A stretch of DNA of 64,000 bases, from positions 1-64,000 of the forward strand of contig CAVQRT010000030.1 of assembly GCA_963715195.1 (NCBI GenBank), read 5' to 3'. A program made the translations under genes and the position numbers. Position 1 is the stretch's first letter. Every line of letters starts with the position of its first letter. The DNA is from Thermodesulfovibrionales bacterium. GTDB taxonomy: Bacteria > Nitrospirota > Thermodesulfovibrionia > Thermodesulfovibrionales > SM23-35. The notes under the pieces are model-generated. The model saw only the letters and a list, made by a program, of their open reading frames with translations, was not told where the DNA came from and ran no database searches. Below, piece by piece: positions 41,387-51,415 of this stretch.

Positions 41387-41765
41387 ATGAAAAAGGTATT
41401 AATCAGTTTAGCAGTAGTAGCAATTCTCGCAATAGGAGTTGCAGTGTATGCACAAGGTTCTGGCTGGGGAGGAAATTACGGACGCCCAGGGTACGGCTAT
41501 CATATGATGGGACACTGGTTATGGTGGACACATGAGAGGCTGGACAGGCGGATATGACCAGAAGTTTCTTGACGAGACTGCTGATGTGAGAAAGGAACTC
41601 AATAATAAGCAGTTCGAATATTCAGAGGCTATCCGGAATCCGAAGACAGATCCTGAGACTGTAACAAAGCTTGAAAAGGAGATTGGTGAACTGCAAAACA
41701 AGCTCTACGCAAAGGCTCCTCAAGGAACAAACAGGGGCTTTGTTATGCCCTGCTGGCAGTTCTAA
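41387..41765 (+). pseudogene. Paralog of the preceding C-terminal helical domain with a +1 frameshift
   Basis: AAGGAGG, ATG 41387 MKKVLISLAVVAILAIGVAVYAQ; extra A near 41514 (GGACACTGGTTAT vs paralog GGACCTGGTTAT); resumes QKFLDETADVRKEL. Confidence 0.75.
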
Positions 41766-41789
41766 TAAATAAAGCTATCACTCCTTCTC

Positions 41790-41823
41790 GGCAGCCAGTC
41801 TCCCCCTACTGGCTGCCTTTTTC
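41790..41823 (+). terminator. Rho-independent terminator
   Basis: GGCAGCCAGT-loop-ACTGGCTGCC followed by TTTTT. Confidence 0.85.
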
Positions 41824-42008
41824 TTTTATGCCTAATTTTTCCAGTAATCATTAACTGTATCATGCTCTTAGAAGTGAAGACTTGTAGATGCAATATTGAT
41901 CAGAAAAGATAGCCTCCCTCCCAACACTATTAGGAAGAAATCTTATTTAAGTACTTCGAGAGGAATTGTTTATTTACTCATCATTTTGAAAGCACAATAT
42001 AGGCAAAC

Positions 42009-42866
42009 TTATGCCTTCGAAAGGAATACGATTGAGATAACTGCGCTTAGCACTGCGGCAATCTTCCAAATTGTCAGCTTTTCCATCTTCAGGGTTACCG
42101 AAACAACCAAAGCCATAATAAAACTCATGTTAGCGATAGGGATTACAACACTTGCCTCACCGTACTCAAGTGCTAACATGAGAAAATTCACTATTAGGAA
42201 AACAAGTACTCCGGAGACGAGTGAGTAGAGAGCTTTCTTACTCGTAAATAATATTCTATTTTCTTTGAACGCAGCGTAAAGAAACCCCCCTGCAATCCAA
42301 CAGAAAGACACGATTAAAAGCATCAGGTCGGGATTGGCATTATTCATCAGCGCCCCCTTCGATGTTACACCGTATAAAGCCCGTAATCCAGATGCGAAAA
42401 TCGATAAACCGAAGAAAAGGGAAAAGTTGAAATCGCCGGCAGAATGATGCTTTTTCTGAAAAAGAAGCATTACGGCAAGAATACCCAACAAGATCCCAGA
42501 TATTTTTATAATGTTGATGGACTCGTCCAATATCAAGAATGATAATATCACGACGCCAATGGTATTTAGACGGTAAATGGTCGAACAGATGCTGATATCA
42601 ATATGTGTCATGCTTTCCAGCAGAAGAATGTTTGATAGCACCAGAAAGAGCCCAGCTGTGAGGCCAAACAAAATGCTCGGCATATGATGCGGATTTACAT
42701 CGCCCTTAATAAAGAAGGTGGCTGACTGAAGGATGGCCCATACTATTCCTACTCCGAAGATATACATCCCTCTGGAGCGAATCTTGCGGGAATATCGCTT
42801 GAAAACGACATCATTGAGTCCCGCAGATAAAAGACTTAGAATTGCAAATATAAGAGCACTATGCAT
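42009..42866 (-). CDS. EamA/DMT family transporter
   Basis: About 10 TM helices, two EamA repeats (ILDESINIIK, GEASVVIPI, LKMEKLT). Confidence 0.85.
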   Translation of the reverse strand: MHSALIFAILSLLSAGLNDVVFKRYSRKIRSRGMYIFGVGIVWAILQSATFFIKGDVNPHHMPSILFGLTAGLFLVLSNILLLESMTHIDISICSTIYRLNTIGVVILSFLILDESINIIKISGILLGILAVMLLFQKKHHSAGDFNFSLFFGLSIFASGLRALYGVTSKGALMNNANPDLMLLIVSFCWIAGGFLYAAFKENRILFTSKKALYSLVSGVLVFLIVNFLMLALEYGEASVVIPIANMSFIMALVVSVTLKMEKLTIWKIAAVLSAVISIVFLSKA

Positions 42867-43014
42867 GATTAATCATAAACAATAGCAGATATAAACGCAG
42901 CTATTTGTCTTGAGCGGGAATTAATAAAAAATAAGATAATGGAGATTGCGAACTTCTGTTTGATATGTGAATCATCGACTCTGCTCAGTATAATGCGGAT
43001 AATAGGAAGAAGCT

Positions 43015-43254
43015 CTATTTTATCTCACAGAACCATTCCGAGGTCTTTTCATCGACATAGATTTTATAGTTACGATTATCATGCGTTTTGACAAGAAAAA
43101 ATCTCTTTCTCGTCCTGTCAGAATAATTTTCTTCAATCCACTTGTCCACGATTTCGGCAATAGTCATTGTTTCATCATTGATTACAAAAGTCCGTGGACT
43201 TTCATTAACGCGGTAGCCTGAATAAGCGATTACCTTAATATTTACATATGACAT
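43015..43254 (-). CDS. Conserved hypothetical protein
   Basis: AYSGYRVNESPRTF...IVDKW...FFLVKT..YKIY..W pattern. Confidence 0.65.
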   Translation of the reverse strand: MSYVNIKVIAYSGYRVNESPRTFVINDETMTIAEIVDKWIEENYSDRTRKRFFLVKTHDNRNYKIYVDEKTSEWFCEIK

Positions 43255-43491
43255 AGTCTTGCAGTATCAAACGGGAAGTTGTTTGTCAATTGGGCTTGAG
43301 GTGAGAATCTATAAGAGGAATAAATGGGCAGGGAAATCTTTCACAGAAGAACTTTATCCCTGCCCGCTTCTCTGCCCATTTTTCACTCTTATTTATAGAC
43401 TATCACTTAATTAGTGTATTGCAACAGAAATATTGCTTTTTTTCTTGGGGATATTGCTATTGTGAAAATATTTATAGGGTTTTGCTTCCTC

Positions 43492-44376
43492 TCAACGCAC
43501 ATTTATTAGATAAACAGCAGCAAGCGCAGTCAGCCCACCTGTAATCGTTGAAATCTTTGGAACTTCGCCAAGAAATATCCAGCTCAGCATAAGCGCGCTG
43601 AACGGAACCAGAAAGACAAACGAACTTGCCTTATATGAGCTCAAACGGCTTGATGCAAAGAAATAGACGGTTGTCGCCAGGGTGCTCGAAATAATCGCCA
43701 GATAAAGCATGTTCAACCAGAAGAACGAACCCTGTTTGAAAACACCTAATATCTCTTTGGGCAAGGCGAGAAAGAAGTAAAGCACAGAACAGAAGGCATA
43801 CACAAAAAAACTGAATACAAGTGGTGAAACCCATTCAGCCGCTTTTTGACTACATATAGTCAGGAGAGCCCACAGGACAGCACACAGCAGGAAATAGAGG
43901 TTGCCACTTATAAATAAATTATTCCAATCAAGGCTCCAAATTTCCAGAAGGATGCAGCCACCGATTAGTCCCAGAGCTAATCCAATGTAATCTTTCCTTA
44001 CCAACTTTTGCTTAAGAAGAATTACCGAAAAGATAAAAGTCGCAAGGGGAACCATCGTCGAAACCATTACCCCTCCAACGCCTGCAAACCCGTATGTCAA
44101 ACCTTTGAAAAACAGGTAGAGATACAGCCCCATACAGACAGAACCTAAAAGGATATAGACAGAAGCGGACCTGTTCAATTTAATGGGTTGTCGTAATAAC
44201 ACCAGGATAGGTACAAAGGACACAAGATTGATAAGAAAGCGCCAGAAAGTCAAGGTCTCAGCTGGAAGCACATCGGCTATGACTTTTCCGGAAACCCAGC
44301 TTCCACCCCAAATTATCATGGATACTACAACCAGAGAGTTAAACAACGCAGCTTTGGTTGAGGTGCGCATCTTCAT
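43492..44376 (-). CDS. EamA/DMT family transporter
   Basis: WGGSWVSGK, FWRF, FLVPFSA, FLGEVP. Confidence 0.88.
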   Translation of the reverse strand: MKMRTSTKAALFNSLVVVSMIIWGGSWVSGKVIADVLPAETLTFWRFLINLVSFVPILVLLRQPIKLNRSASVYILLGSVCMGLYLYLFFKGLTYGFAGVGGVMVSTMVPLATFIFSVILLKQKLVRKDYIGLALGLIGGCILLEIWSLDWNNLFISGNLYFLLCAVLWALLTICSQKAAEWVSPLVFSFFVYAFCSVLYFFLALPKEILGVFKQGSFFWLNMLYLAIISSTLATTVYFFASSRLSSYKASSFVFLVPFSALMLSWIFLGEVPKISTITGGLTALAAVYLINVR

Positions 44377-44413
44377 AACATTGAATCGCCTGAGACTTCG
44401 CGGCTGCGGAGCT

Positions 44414-44827
44414 TTATTCGGGCACTTCTATATCTTCGTATCCCTTGCCAGCTACAGCCATTAGACGGATGCGCTCCGGCTTCATGCGGATGACAACATA
44501 TTTTGGGTCTGCTGGGTCCTGAATGTATTTCTTAAGAATCGGAACTGCCTCGTACAATTTCAGCTTATCATCATTGTCGGTGCTGATGGCACATGCACCG
44601 GCAATCCTGACATGTTTTCCTTCTCTGTCGCTGAAACAGTATTCTGCGTGAGGGACTTTGCTGAGTTGCAGGATTTTCTCCATATAGTTCATTGTCGCAC
44701 ACCACAGCTCATTTTCCACCCAAACACAGCTTCCCATAGGACGCACCCCCACTTTATTGCCGTCACTCGTTGCAAGGAATCCCCACCCGACTTCCGCCAT
44801 GAATTTCTTGACCATTTCAAAACTCAT
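44414..44827 (-). CDS. Pyridoxamine 5'-phosphate oxidase-like FMN-binding protein
   Basis: FLATSDG..VRPM, KILQL...PHAEYCF, VRIAG; AAAGGAG RBS. Confidence 0.8.
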   Translation of the reverse strand: MSFEMVKKFMAEVGWGFLATSDGNKVGVRPMGSCVWVENELWCATMNYMEKILQLSKVPHAEYCFSDREGKHVRIAGACAISTDNDDKLKLYEAVPILKKYIQDPADPKYVVIRMKPERIRLMAVAGKGYEDIEVPE

Positions 44828-44907
44828 CTCATTTCTCCTTTCATGTGCAGATTATAGCAGAAGTTGGAGAGTGAAGAAGTAATACTCCAATATTTATGAT
44901 ACTTATA

Positions 44908-45867
44908 TTAATCTTTTCGCACTCCTATAATCAGAACTGTCTCAGGAAGGTCTCTTATCATGATATTGTTGAACCCTGTTTCAGCTAACCAACGTTTTAT
45001 CTCTTTGGGATTATAACACCGTCCTTTTTCGGTACCTACAAGCATGTTTACCGAGAATAGTGCGCTATGGAGGGGAGCGGTACGTTCCTCATTTATTGGG
45101 AATTCCTGAACAACAACCCTACCACCAGGATTAATGGCTATTTTACATTTATGGAGGAGAGCAATATTCTCTTCTGCAGAAAAGGCATGAAAGATTTGGC
45201 TCAACAGAATGAGATCATACTTAGAGTCAATTGTGTCAACATGAAAATCGCCAGCAATGAACCTAATTCCTTGTACACCCGCACGACGAGCAACTTTTTT
45301 GGCAATTCTAATTGTCTCGGGGAGATCAAAGACGGTAGCTTTCACCCCGTTCTTTGCCATGGCGATGGCATTCGTACCGGGTCCCCCTCCTAAGTCAAGC
45401 ATTGTTTTTACACTTTTCAATCCTACTGCTTTGATAAGGCTTTCCGTACGCAGTAACGCCAGGTTATGCATTCCCATGATGAATGACTCGTGGTCAAAGT
45501 CGCGCCGTGCAGGGCAGCCTGTCCTAACCACTTCATCCAAGACAGAAAAGTTCTTCCACATGGTAGAAGCATGTTTAATGATATCTCCCTGGTAAAGGTG
45601 GCTACCCCTTACCAAATAGCGATTGCTTACCGGGGCATTCCGGTATTTGCGATCATTGTTTTTACTGATTAGTCCTATGCCCGTAAGGGCATCAAGCAGT
45701 ATCTCCGTTGCCCGGGGATCAATATCCAGCTTTTTTGCAATCTCTGTTGCAGATGATGCCTTTTTCAGATTATTAAATATTCCGAGGTTATTTGCTGTCA
45801 AAATAACTCTTGATGAGGTGAATCCCAAATAAAGTTTTCTCAGTCCTGCCAAATCATCAGGCACCAT
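44908..45867 (-). CDS. SAM-dependent O-methyltransferase (dimerisation + Methyltransf_2 domains)
   Basis: LDLGGGPG, VFDLPE, AGDF, PGGRVVVQE; AGGAGG RBS. Confidence 0.88.
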   Translation of the reverse strand: MVPDDLAGLRKLYLGFTSSRVILTANNLGIFNNLKKASSATEIAKKLDIDPRATEILLDALTGIGLISKNNDRKYRNAPVSNRYLVRGSHLYQGDIIKHASTMWKNFSVLDEVVRTGCPARRDFDHESFIMGMHNLALLRTESLIKAVGLKSVKTMLDLGGGPGTNAIAMAKNGVKATVFDLPETIRIAKKVARRAGVQGIRFIAGDFHVDTIDSKYDLILLSQIFHAFSAEENIALLHKCKIAINPGGRVVVQEFPINEERTAPLHSALFSVNMLVGTEKGRCYNPKEIKRWLAETGFNNIMIRDLPETVLIIGVRKD

Positions 45868-46586
45868 TTTTACTCCTCCTATGTGATAAGCGAAATACTG
45901 AATTCTATTATAAATTGGACGTAACGATTCTTGATAGATCCGATCAAAGCTTTATGATATGCCAGACTACAAATTGTTGATTTCTATTTATACTGCTGCG
46001 ATGAATGAAAAGATTAATTGTTGCGTATTCCAGGAAAGATGTTTGCCTTTCAAGTCTCTCTGGATTACGGTTTTTCCTTCGCCCCGTAAGACGCATGCCA
46101 TTTTTCTCAGAGACACCTACACCCCTTTAGAGGACACCTGTCAAGCAAAAAGCTCTCTTTAAGAAGTTTTCTGACTTCTTCATATTTATGAGCTGCCGAC
46201 ACTCTTTGCCATTACCGTTTTTTCTTTGAGTTTCTCGGCTACAGTCTTCACTGTGCCATACACCCATCGGGATTGAGGCCGCACCCAGAGAGCATTCCCT
46301 AAGGAGGGCCCTTCCGCTGTATATCGCGAACCAGAAAACCTTCGGCTCCGTGCCAGGTCCATTCTTTTTTTTCAATTTCCGTGGTTCTTACTCCAGTCCT
46401 AAGATGGCTCCCGGCCCGGGCAGTAAAGATGTCGGTAACTCCTATAGTGCTGGGCTCGGCAGTTTCCAATCAAAGCGGTGGTTTAGTGCCAGTAGGCCCT
46501 CTATATGATCATCAATTCCACATTGCTGACATACTCGAAGTTGTGAGGATTACTGGATGAAACGGAGAACATTTAAAAACCTGCTT

Positions 46587-47849
46587 TAATCATAATTTCT
46601 GTCCAAAATAGATTTTAGAAAACCTCCGATCAAGGTACTATAGATGTGCGAACAAAAATAGAAACCAAGATCGGAGGGCTATATGAATAAGTTTAGCAGC
46701 ATCTTTGGACAGATTCTACAGATATTTTCGAAGAAGGAATTTTACCGAGCAGTGATAGAAACCAAGGCAGAAAGAGGAGCCAAGGGATTTACCTGTTGGC
46801 AGCAATTTGTAGCGATGCTATTTTGTCAATTGGGAGGAGCCCAATCGTTGAGGGAGATCAGTGGAGGGCTGGCAAGCTGTCTGGGGAAGCTAAGACATCT
46901 TGGGGTAGACAGCGCTCCTAACCGTTCAACCTTATCATATGCCAACGAACACAGGCCGTGGCAATTATACCAAACGGTATTCTATGAGCTTTTAGATCAA
47001 TGCAAAACACTGGTAAAGGGGAAGAAGAAGTTTCGGTTCAAGAGCAAACTCTTTAGTCTCGATGCAACGACGATTGAACTGTGTGCGAGTCTTTTTGATT
47101 GGGCGAAATTCAGGACGACGAAGGGTGCGGTAAAGCTGCATTTGTTATTGGATCATGAAGGGTATCTTCCGGTATTTGCTCATATCACGGAAGGCAGGAT
47201 ACATGAGGTAAACATTGCACAAGGGTTGCATGTTCCCAGAGGCTCTATTGTAGTCATCGACAGAGGATATGTTGACTATGCCTTATTTGGCAGATGGACA
47301 CAAGATGGTGTTTATTTTGTCACGAGGCAGAAGGACAATGCAGATTACACGGTTATAGAAGAAAGACCACTCCCTCAGAATCGCAATATCCTGAGAGATC
47401 AACTTATTGAACTGAGCGGATTTTATTCTCAGCAGAAATGTCCTTATCTGCTCAGGAGAATTGAAGTATGGGATGATGAGAATGAACGGATAGTGGTGTT
47501 ATTGACGAATCATCTATCCTTTGGGCCAACGACCATAGCTGCTGTATATAAAGACAGATGGCAAATAGAGATCTTCTTTAAGACGATCAAACAGAATCTG
47601 AAGATAAAAACCTTTGTAGGGACATCGCCGAATGCTCTCATGATACAGATTTGGACAGCATTGATAGCGATACTCATTCTGAAGTATCTGAAGTACCGTT
47701 CTACCTTTGGCTGGTCACTGTCAAATCTTATAGCGATGCTCAGGTATAATCTCTTTATGTATAGGGATCTATGGGAATGGATACATAACCCCTATGAAAT
47801 ACCGCCGATTGTTCCGGAGATGGAACAACTTTCTTTAAAAGGTGTTTAA
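46587..47849 (+). mobile_element. IS4-family insertion sequence (left end plus transposase; right end not recognised)
   Basis: TAATCATAATTTCTGTCCAAAA left-end-like motif upstream of the transposase. Confidence 0.65.
46683..47849 (+). CDS. IS4 family DDE transposase (DUF4372 + DDE_Tnp_1)
   Basis: QFVAMLFCQL, RSTLSYAN, LDATTI, VKLH, DRGY, YKDRWQIEIFFKTIKQ (YREK). Confidence 0.95.
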   Translation: MNKFSSIFGQILQIFSKKEFYRAVIETKAERGAKGFTCWQQFVAMLFCQLGGAQSLREISGGLASCLGKLRHLGVDSAPNRSTLSYANEHRPWQLYQTVFYELLDQCKTLVKGKKKFRFKSKLFSLDATTIELCASLFDWAKFRTTKGAVKLHLLLDHEGYLPVFAHITEGRIHEVNIAQGLHVPRGSIVVIDRGYVDYALFGRWTQDGVYFVTRQKDNADYTVIEERPLPQNRNILRDQLIELSGFYSQQKCPYLLRRIEVWDDENERIVVLLTNHLSFGPTTIAAVYKDRWQIEIFFKTIKQNLKIKTFVGTSPNALMIQIWTALIAILILKYLKYRSTFGWSLSNLIAMLRYNLFMYRDLWEWIHNPYEIPPIVPEMEQLSLKGV

Positions 47850-47957
47850 TTGGAAACTAAGGATAAAGATAAAAATCTGCTATACTTGATTAAAAATGTA
47901 ATGAAAGTGTTGGATATTAAGATAGCAAGTCAAAGACTTAGGAGATGATATTAAAAA

Positions 47958-48317
47958 GTGAGCAAAGCTAATTTTACTGACATAAGACTGCAGCATGTAA
48001 CTTGGAGGGTTAAGCTCAATGACTTTCTTGAAGGAAAGCCGAGCATGACCGAGGAACAGGCAACTTCTCACAAGGCTTGCGATGTGGGTAAATGGTTGTA
48101 TTCTGAAGGTATGAAAAAATATGGCACAATGCCAGAAATGCAAGAACTTGAAAAAATACATGTTGAACTTCATGCGACTGTCAAAAAAATCGTATCCCAA
48201 AAAAAAGTCGCAAATATTTATGCCGAAAAGGAAGAATTAGAGAAGTTAGATAATATTTTACGGAAGATCATGTTCTTATTGGTTGACATCGAGCAGAAGC
48301 TTTTATCGGCTCTTTGA
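47958..48317 (+). CDS. Stand-alone CZB (chemoreceptor zinc-binding) domain protein
   Basis: HVTW, HKACDVGKWLY, HVELH: His/Cys/His/His Zn ligands. Confidence 0.85.
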   Translation: MSKANFTDIRLQHVTWRVKLNDFLEGKPSMTEEQATSHKACDVGKWLYSEGMKKYGTMPEMQELEKIHVELHATVKKIVSQKKVANIYAEKEELEKLDNILRKIMFLLVDIEQKLLSAL

Positions 48318-48599
48318 CCCTTTCATTTCTTTAATTTCTTGGCAACATAGACACGAAGCAGACATTGACAAAAAAATAATTCCCCAAAAAGAAATGAGAA
48401 TTTACGCCTCAGCGGATCTTTGTCCATGCATGCATTGAATGACTCTAATCCGATATCTTTTGCCCTGCAAAGGCTTTTAAATTCAGAGATGTAACAGCTG
48501 AAATCCTTTGGACATTGGAAGACACCAATAATATGAAATACAAGTTTCTTCCTGACTACTACGTCAAAAAAAGATGGGTTGGTTGTTATAAATAATGAC

Positions 48600-49421
48600 T
48601 TAGAATGCCAGCGTTAATTTTCCGAATATCATGCGTCTCGGCTGTAATATCGGACTAACTGATTCTGGATCCGTATAGTGAAAAGATTTGTCGAACAGGT
48701 TTTTCACCCCGAGGGTGACTGAATCAAACCGTTTCGGTAAACGGTAGCTTACCACAGTATCGACGACCCGGAACCGATCGCTGCCCGAAATACTTTGAAA
48801 ACCGGCTTCAGAGGCCTGTATAATAAACTCTCCTTTTTGATCGAAATGCGTTGCTTTCAGTTGAGCGCTGAATTCACTGGGATGGAAAAAGGCTATCCCG
48901 ACAGGAATTCGTTGCGTTTTTAAATATTCTGGGTCACTGAGAAAATCAGCTTTATCCCTGTCAAGTCTCTCATACTGATATACTCTTTCTAACCGTTCTC
49001 TAAAGTCTTTTCTCTCAACTTGCAGAACGGGAGGTGCCGGTGGTTGACATGCGGTGTCATTCGCACAAACCGGATCATTGCAATTATTAGCACAACTCGG
49101 AGACGGAGTGCCTACACAGCCACTGCCAGACGAACGACTGCCTGTATTTGGGCTTAGGCATGATATAGCATATGTATTTGATAGATCGATACGTGTAGTA
49201 TTCCAGGAAATTGATTCTTCTGAAGGTCTGCAGTCATCCGGATTACTAACAATTCGAGTCTGCCCATTTACTTTCTTATAACAACTGTAAATTACATTGT
49301 CATCGCCTGCGGGCTGCTGTACTCTATTACTGTCTTTTTTGGCTGCGTAGCGCGGTAGTAATGTGGCTGCAAATACAAAAAGAACGGTCAAGGGAAAAAT
49401 CATTACTACTATCTTTTTCAT
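48600..49421 (-). CDS. Chimeric ORF: secreted Cys-rich N-half plus C-terminal fragment of a TonB-dependent receptor-like beta-barrel
   Basis: IYSCYKKVNGQTRIV..DDCRPSEESISWN; CANNCNDPVC; then SYRLPKR..LGVKNLFDK..PRRMIFGKLTLAF. Confidence 0.6.
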   Translation of the reverse strand: MKKIVVMIFPLTVLFVFAATLLPRYAAKKDSNRVQQPAGDDNVIYSCYKKVNGQTRIVSNPDDCRPSEESISWNTTRIDLSNTYAISCLSPNTGSRSSGSGCVGTPSPSCANNCNDPVCANDTACQPPAPPVLQVERKDFRERLERVYQYERLDRDKADFLSDPEYLKTQRIPVGIAFFHPSEFSAQLKATHFDQKGEFIIQASEAGFQSISGSDRFRVVDTVVSYRLPKRFDSVTLGVKNLFDKSFHYTDPESVSPILQPRRMIFGKLTLAF

Positions 49422-49788
49422 TTTTTAGCCTTACTTTTGGTATCCATTAGGAGTTAGTTGGTTGGTTGCAGCCATGGCTCCATCACCGACCTTGATGCCC
49501 AGATAGGCGGATGGTTTCAATGCCTTTGCCATTCCTTCGTAGCTTTCAAAATCTTAAAAACAATGCTTCACCTCCTTTCTGTGTTTTTTTCTGGCAGGAA
49601 TCCTATGCTGAGTCTTTTTTTTCGATGTGATTCCCGCTAAAGGACGCTAGCAGTTCTATATATAGGTTAGGCACTATAAGCAATGATATCAGTGATTCAA
49701 ATTACGAACACTGCGGTGATTATGAGGAATAACATACTATCGGGAGGATTGTTTTGAAAATCAAGACAAGGGAAGAGCATTGAATCTG

Positions 49789-50244
49789 CTATTTTTTTAT
49801 GGCCATATTACCATTTAATTTTAAGGATGGTGTTCGTTCCACAAGTTCAAGGAGAAAGGTTTTCTTATCTTTTGGTGAAATCATAATGACTCGTTTTTTG
49901 CTGTTCTTTATATAGTCGATCTTCAGCCTATCAAGAGACCATGCAGGAGAGCTTAACGGGCTTCTCGTTGGAACCACAAGCTCAATTGAAGACAGAGGTA
50001 TCTTGCAATGCAACAATATCCCGCTACGAATTTCTAAAGTTGTGGTTGTGATTTCGTAATGAACCGGATATGCGAGAAGTATAAGAATGCCGAAATAAAC
50101 AATAGAAACTAAGAAGAGGACCCGTGTCTCAGTGTAGTGAAAACCTTTGACCATGATCAGATTAATTACCTGGACGAGAAGCATAACTCCGCCTAAGACG
50201 ACAATGAGAACAAGCCATCTGTCTTTCTTTGTCTGATAGATCAC
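49789..50244 (-). CDS. Bacterial PH-domain membrane protein
   Basis: 2 TM helices, LEIRSG, IPLSSI, SSPAWSLDRLKI, ISPKDK. Confidence 0.8.
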   Translation of the reverse strand: MIYQTKKDRWLVLIVVLGGVMLLVQVINLIMVKGFHYTETRVLFLVSIVYFGILILLAYPVHYEITTTTLEIRSGILLHCKIPLSSIELVVPTRSPLSSPAWSLDRLKIDYIKNSKKRVIMISPKDKKTFLLELVERTPSLKLNGNMAIKK

Positions 50245-50366
50245 TGTTTTATGAGTGCCACCTTGTGATGATTACAAATTGGCATCTATCTGATTATATC
50301 AAGCTAATCAGGAAAGGATTTCAGGAAGGCGCTGAAAAATTGTGTAAAGTCAGTGGCGTTCCATAC

Positions 50367-50894
50367 TTATGACATAAGCTGGCTTTGTATAAGCCGAATA
50401 TCGTCAATCCATGCAGTCCCTTTACCATTGATAACCAAATTAAGTTTTACATAATCAGGTTTTTCGCCCTTCTTCAAGAAGAATGGGGTTTCCATTGTTA
50501 CCCAGTTGTTGGTACCTGTTAGGGTGCTCTGCAGTCCTCGTGAAAAGAACTCGCCTCTTCCAGAGAAATGACACCACATTTCCAAGTACACTTGCCCTTC
50601 TACGCCTTCAGTGCGAACCTTAGCTTGGTAAATCAAGCGGGCGTTCTCAATGTTTAAATCTCTTACCTCATACAATCTCACCACGGTAGGTTCTGACACA
50701 GTAATTCGCAGAGATCCTTTCCCGTCGCTTGAAACTGTTTTATCTATCTCGACACCGGACTGTGTAATTATCCCTTCCAAGTTGTCAATGGGAAAACTTT
50801 TTAGCTCCACAACTTGCGACGTCGATTTAGAACAATTGATCAGGCCAAATATCATAAGCAAACAAACAAATATAGCAACATTCTTAATAAGCAT
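50367..50894 (-). CDS. Hypothetical lipoprotein with carbohydrate-binding-like fold
   Basis: Start MLIKNVA with lipobox-like LINC; YLEMWC, GTNNW, GTAWIDDI; the ORF-track N-terminal extension is probably spurious. Confidence 0.7.
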   Translation of the reverse strand: MLIKNVAIFVCLLMIFGLINCSKSTSQVVELKSFPIDNLEGIITQSGVEIDKTVSSDGKGSLRITVSEPTVVRLYEVRDLNIENARLIYQAKVRTEGVEGQVYLEMWCHFSGRGEFFSRGLQSTLTGTNNWVTMETPFFLKKGEKPDYVKLNLVINGKGTAWIDDIRLIQSQLMS

Positions 50895-51020
50895 AATCCC
50901 TCTCTCTCCCCGCATTAGTAGACTGCGGATAATTAAATAATTAGAGAATCTGTGCCTTGCACTATTTGATTTAATAACCGGCTGCTTGCCATTTCCAGTT
51001 GTAGTGTGGATCATTATAGC

Positions 51021-51255
51021 AAATCCTGCAGGTGTGTGCTTTAGGAAGTAGGGTTGCACCTTCGCCACTAAAACAGGATTGTGCATCTTTCGCCCCGAAG
51101 TAAACACGCCATTTTTTTCATCTGCACCTGTGATCATGCAGGGGTAAGTGGTTAAACTCGGGGAAAAGAAAGTTCGGTTGCGTCCCGGGCATACCCTCCC
51201 TCCCTTTTTTTTGACGAAATACACAACTGTTTCAATACCACACATCTGCGGAGTT
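51021..51255 (+). ncRNA. Candidate structured ncRNA (6S-like rod)
   Basis: Nested stems 51023-51038/51239-51252, 51050-51069/~51176-51197 and 51087-51098/~51158-51168; upstream TTGCCA-17-GATCAT; terminator at 51273-51297. Confidence 0.45.
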
Positions 51256-51415
51256 GCACATATTACGCCGCAGTTTGAGCAATCACTCAACTTTTTTCCC
51301 CTAATAAAACATGATGTGTGATATGTATCACGGGATTAACGGGAATCTCCGTGTATGGTTATTAATAAGCCTGAATAAGGCATTGGGGGAAAGGAGCAGA
51401 AAAGAGAAATAAATT

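Noticed and set aside
46127..46510. GC-richer patch beside the IS with an 82-aa ORF
   Set aside because: No recognisable motif in any frame; may be a decayed gene but cannot be supported
50895..51290. 132-aa N-terminal extension of ORF 50367..51290
   Set aside because: A signal peptide and purine-rich RBS sit at ATG 50894; the extension overlaps the predicted structured RNA
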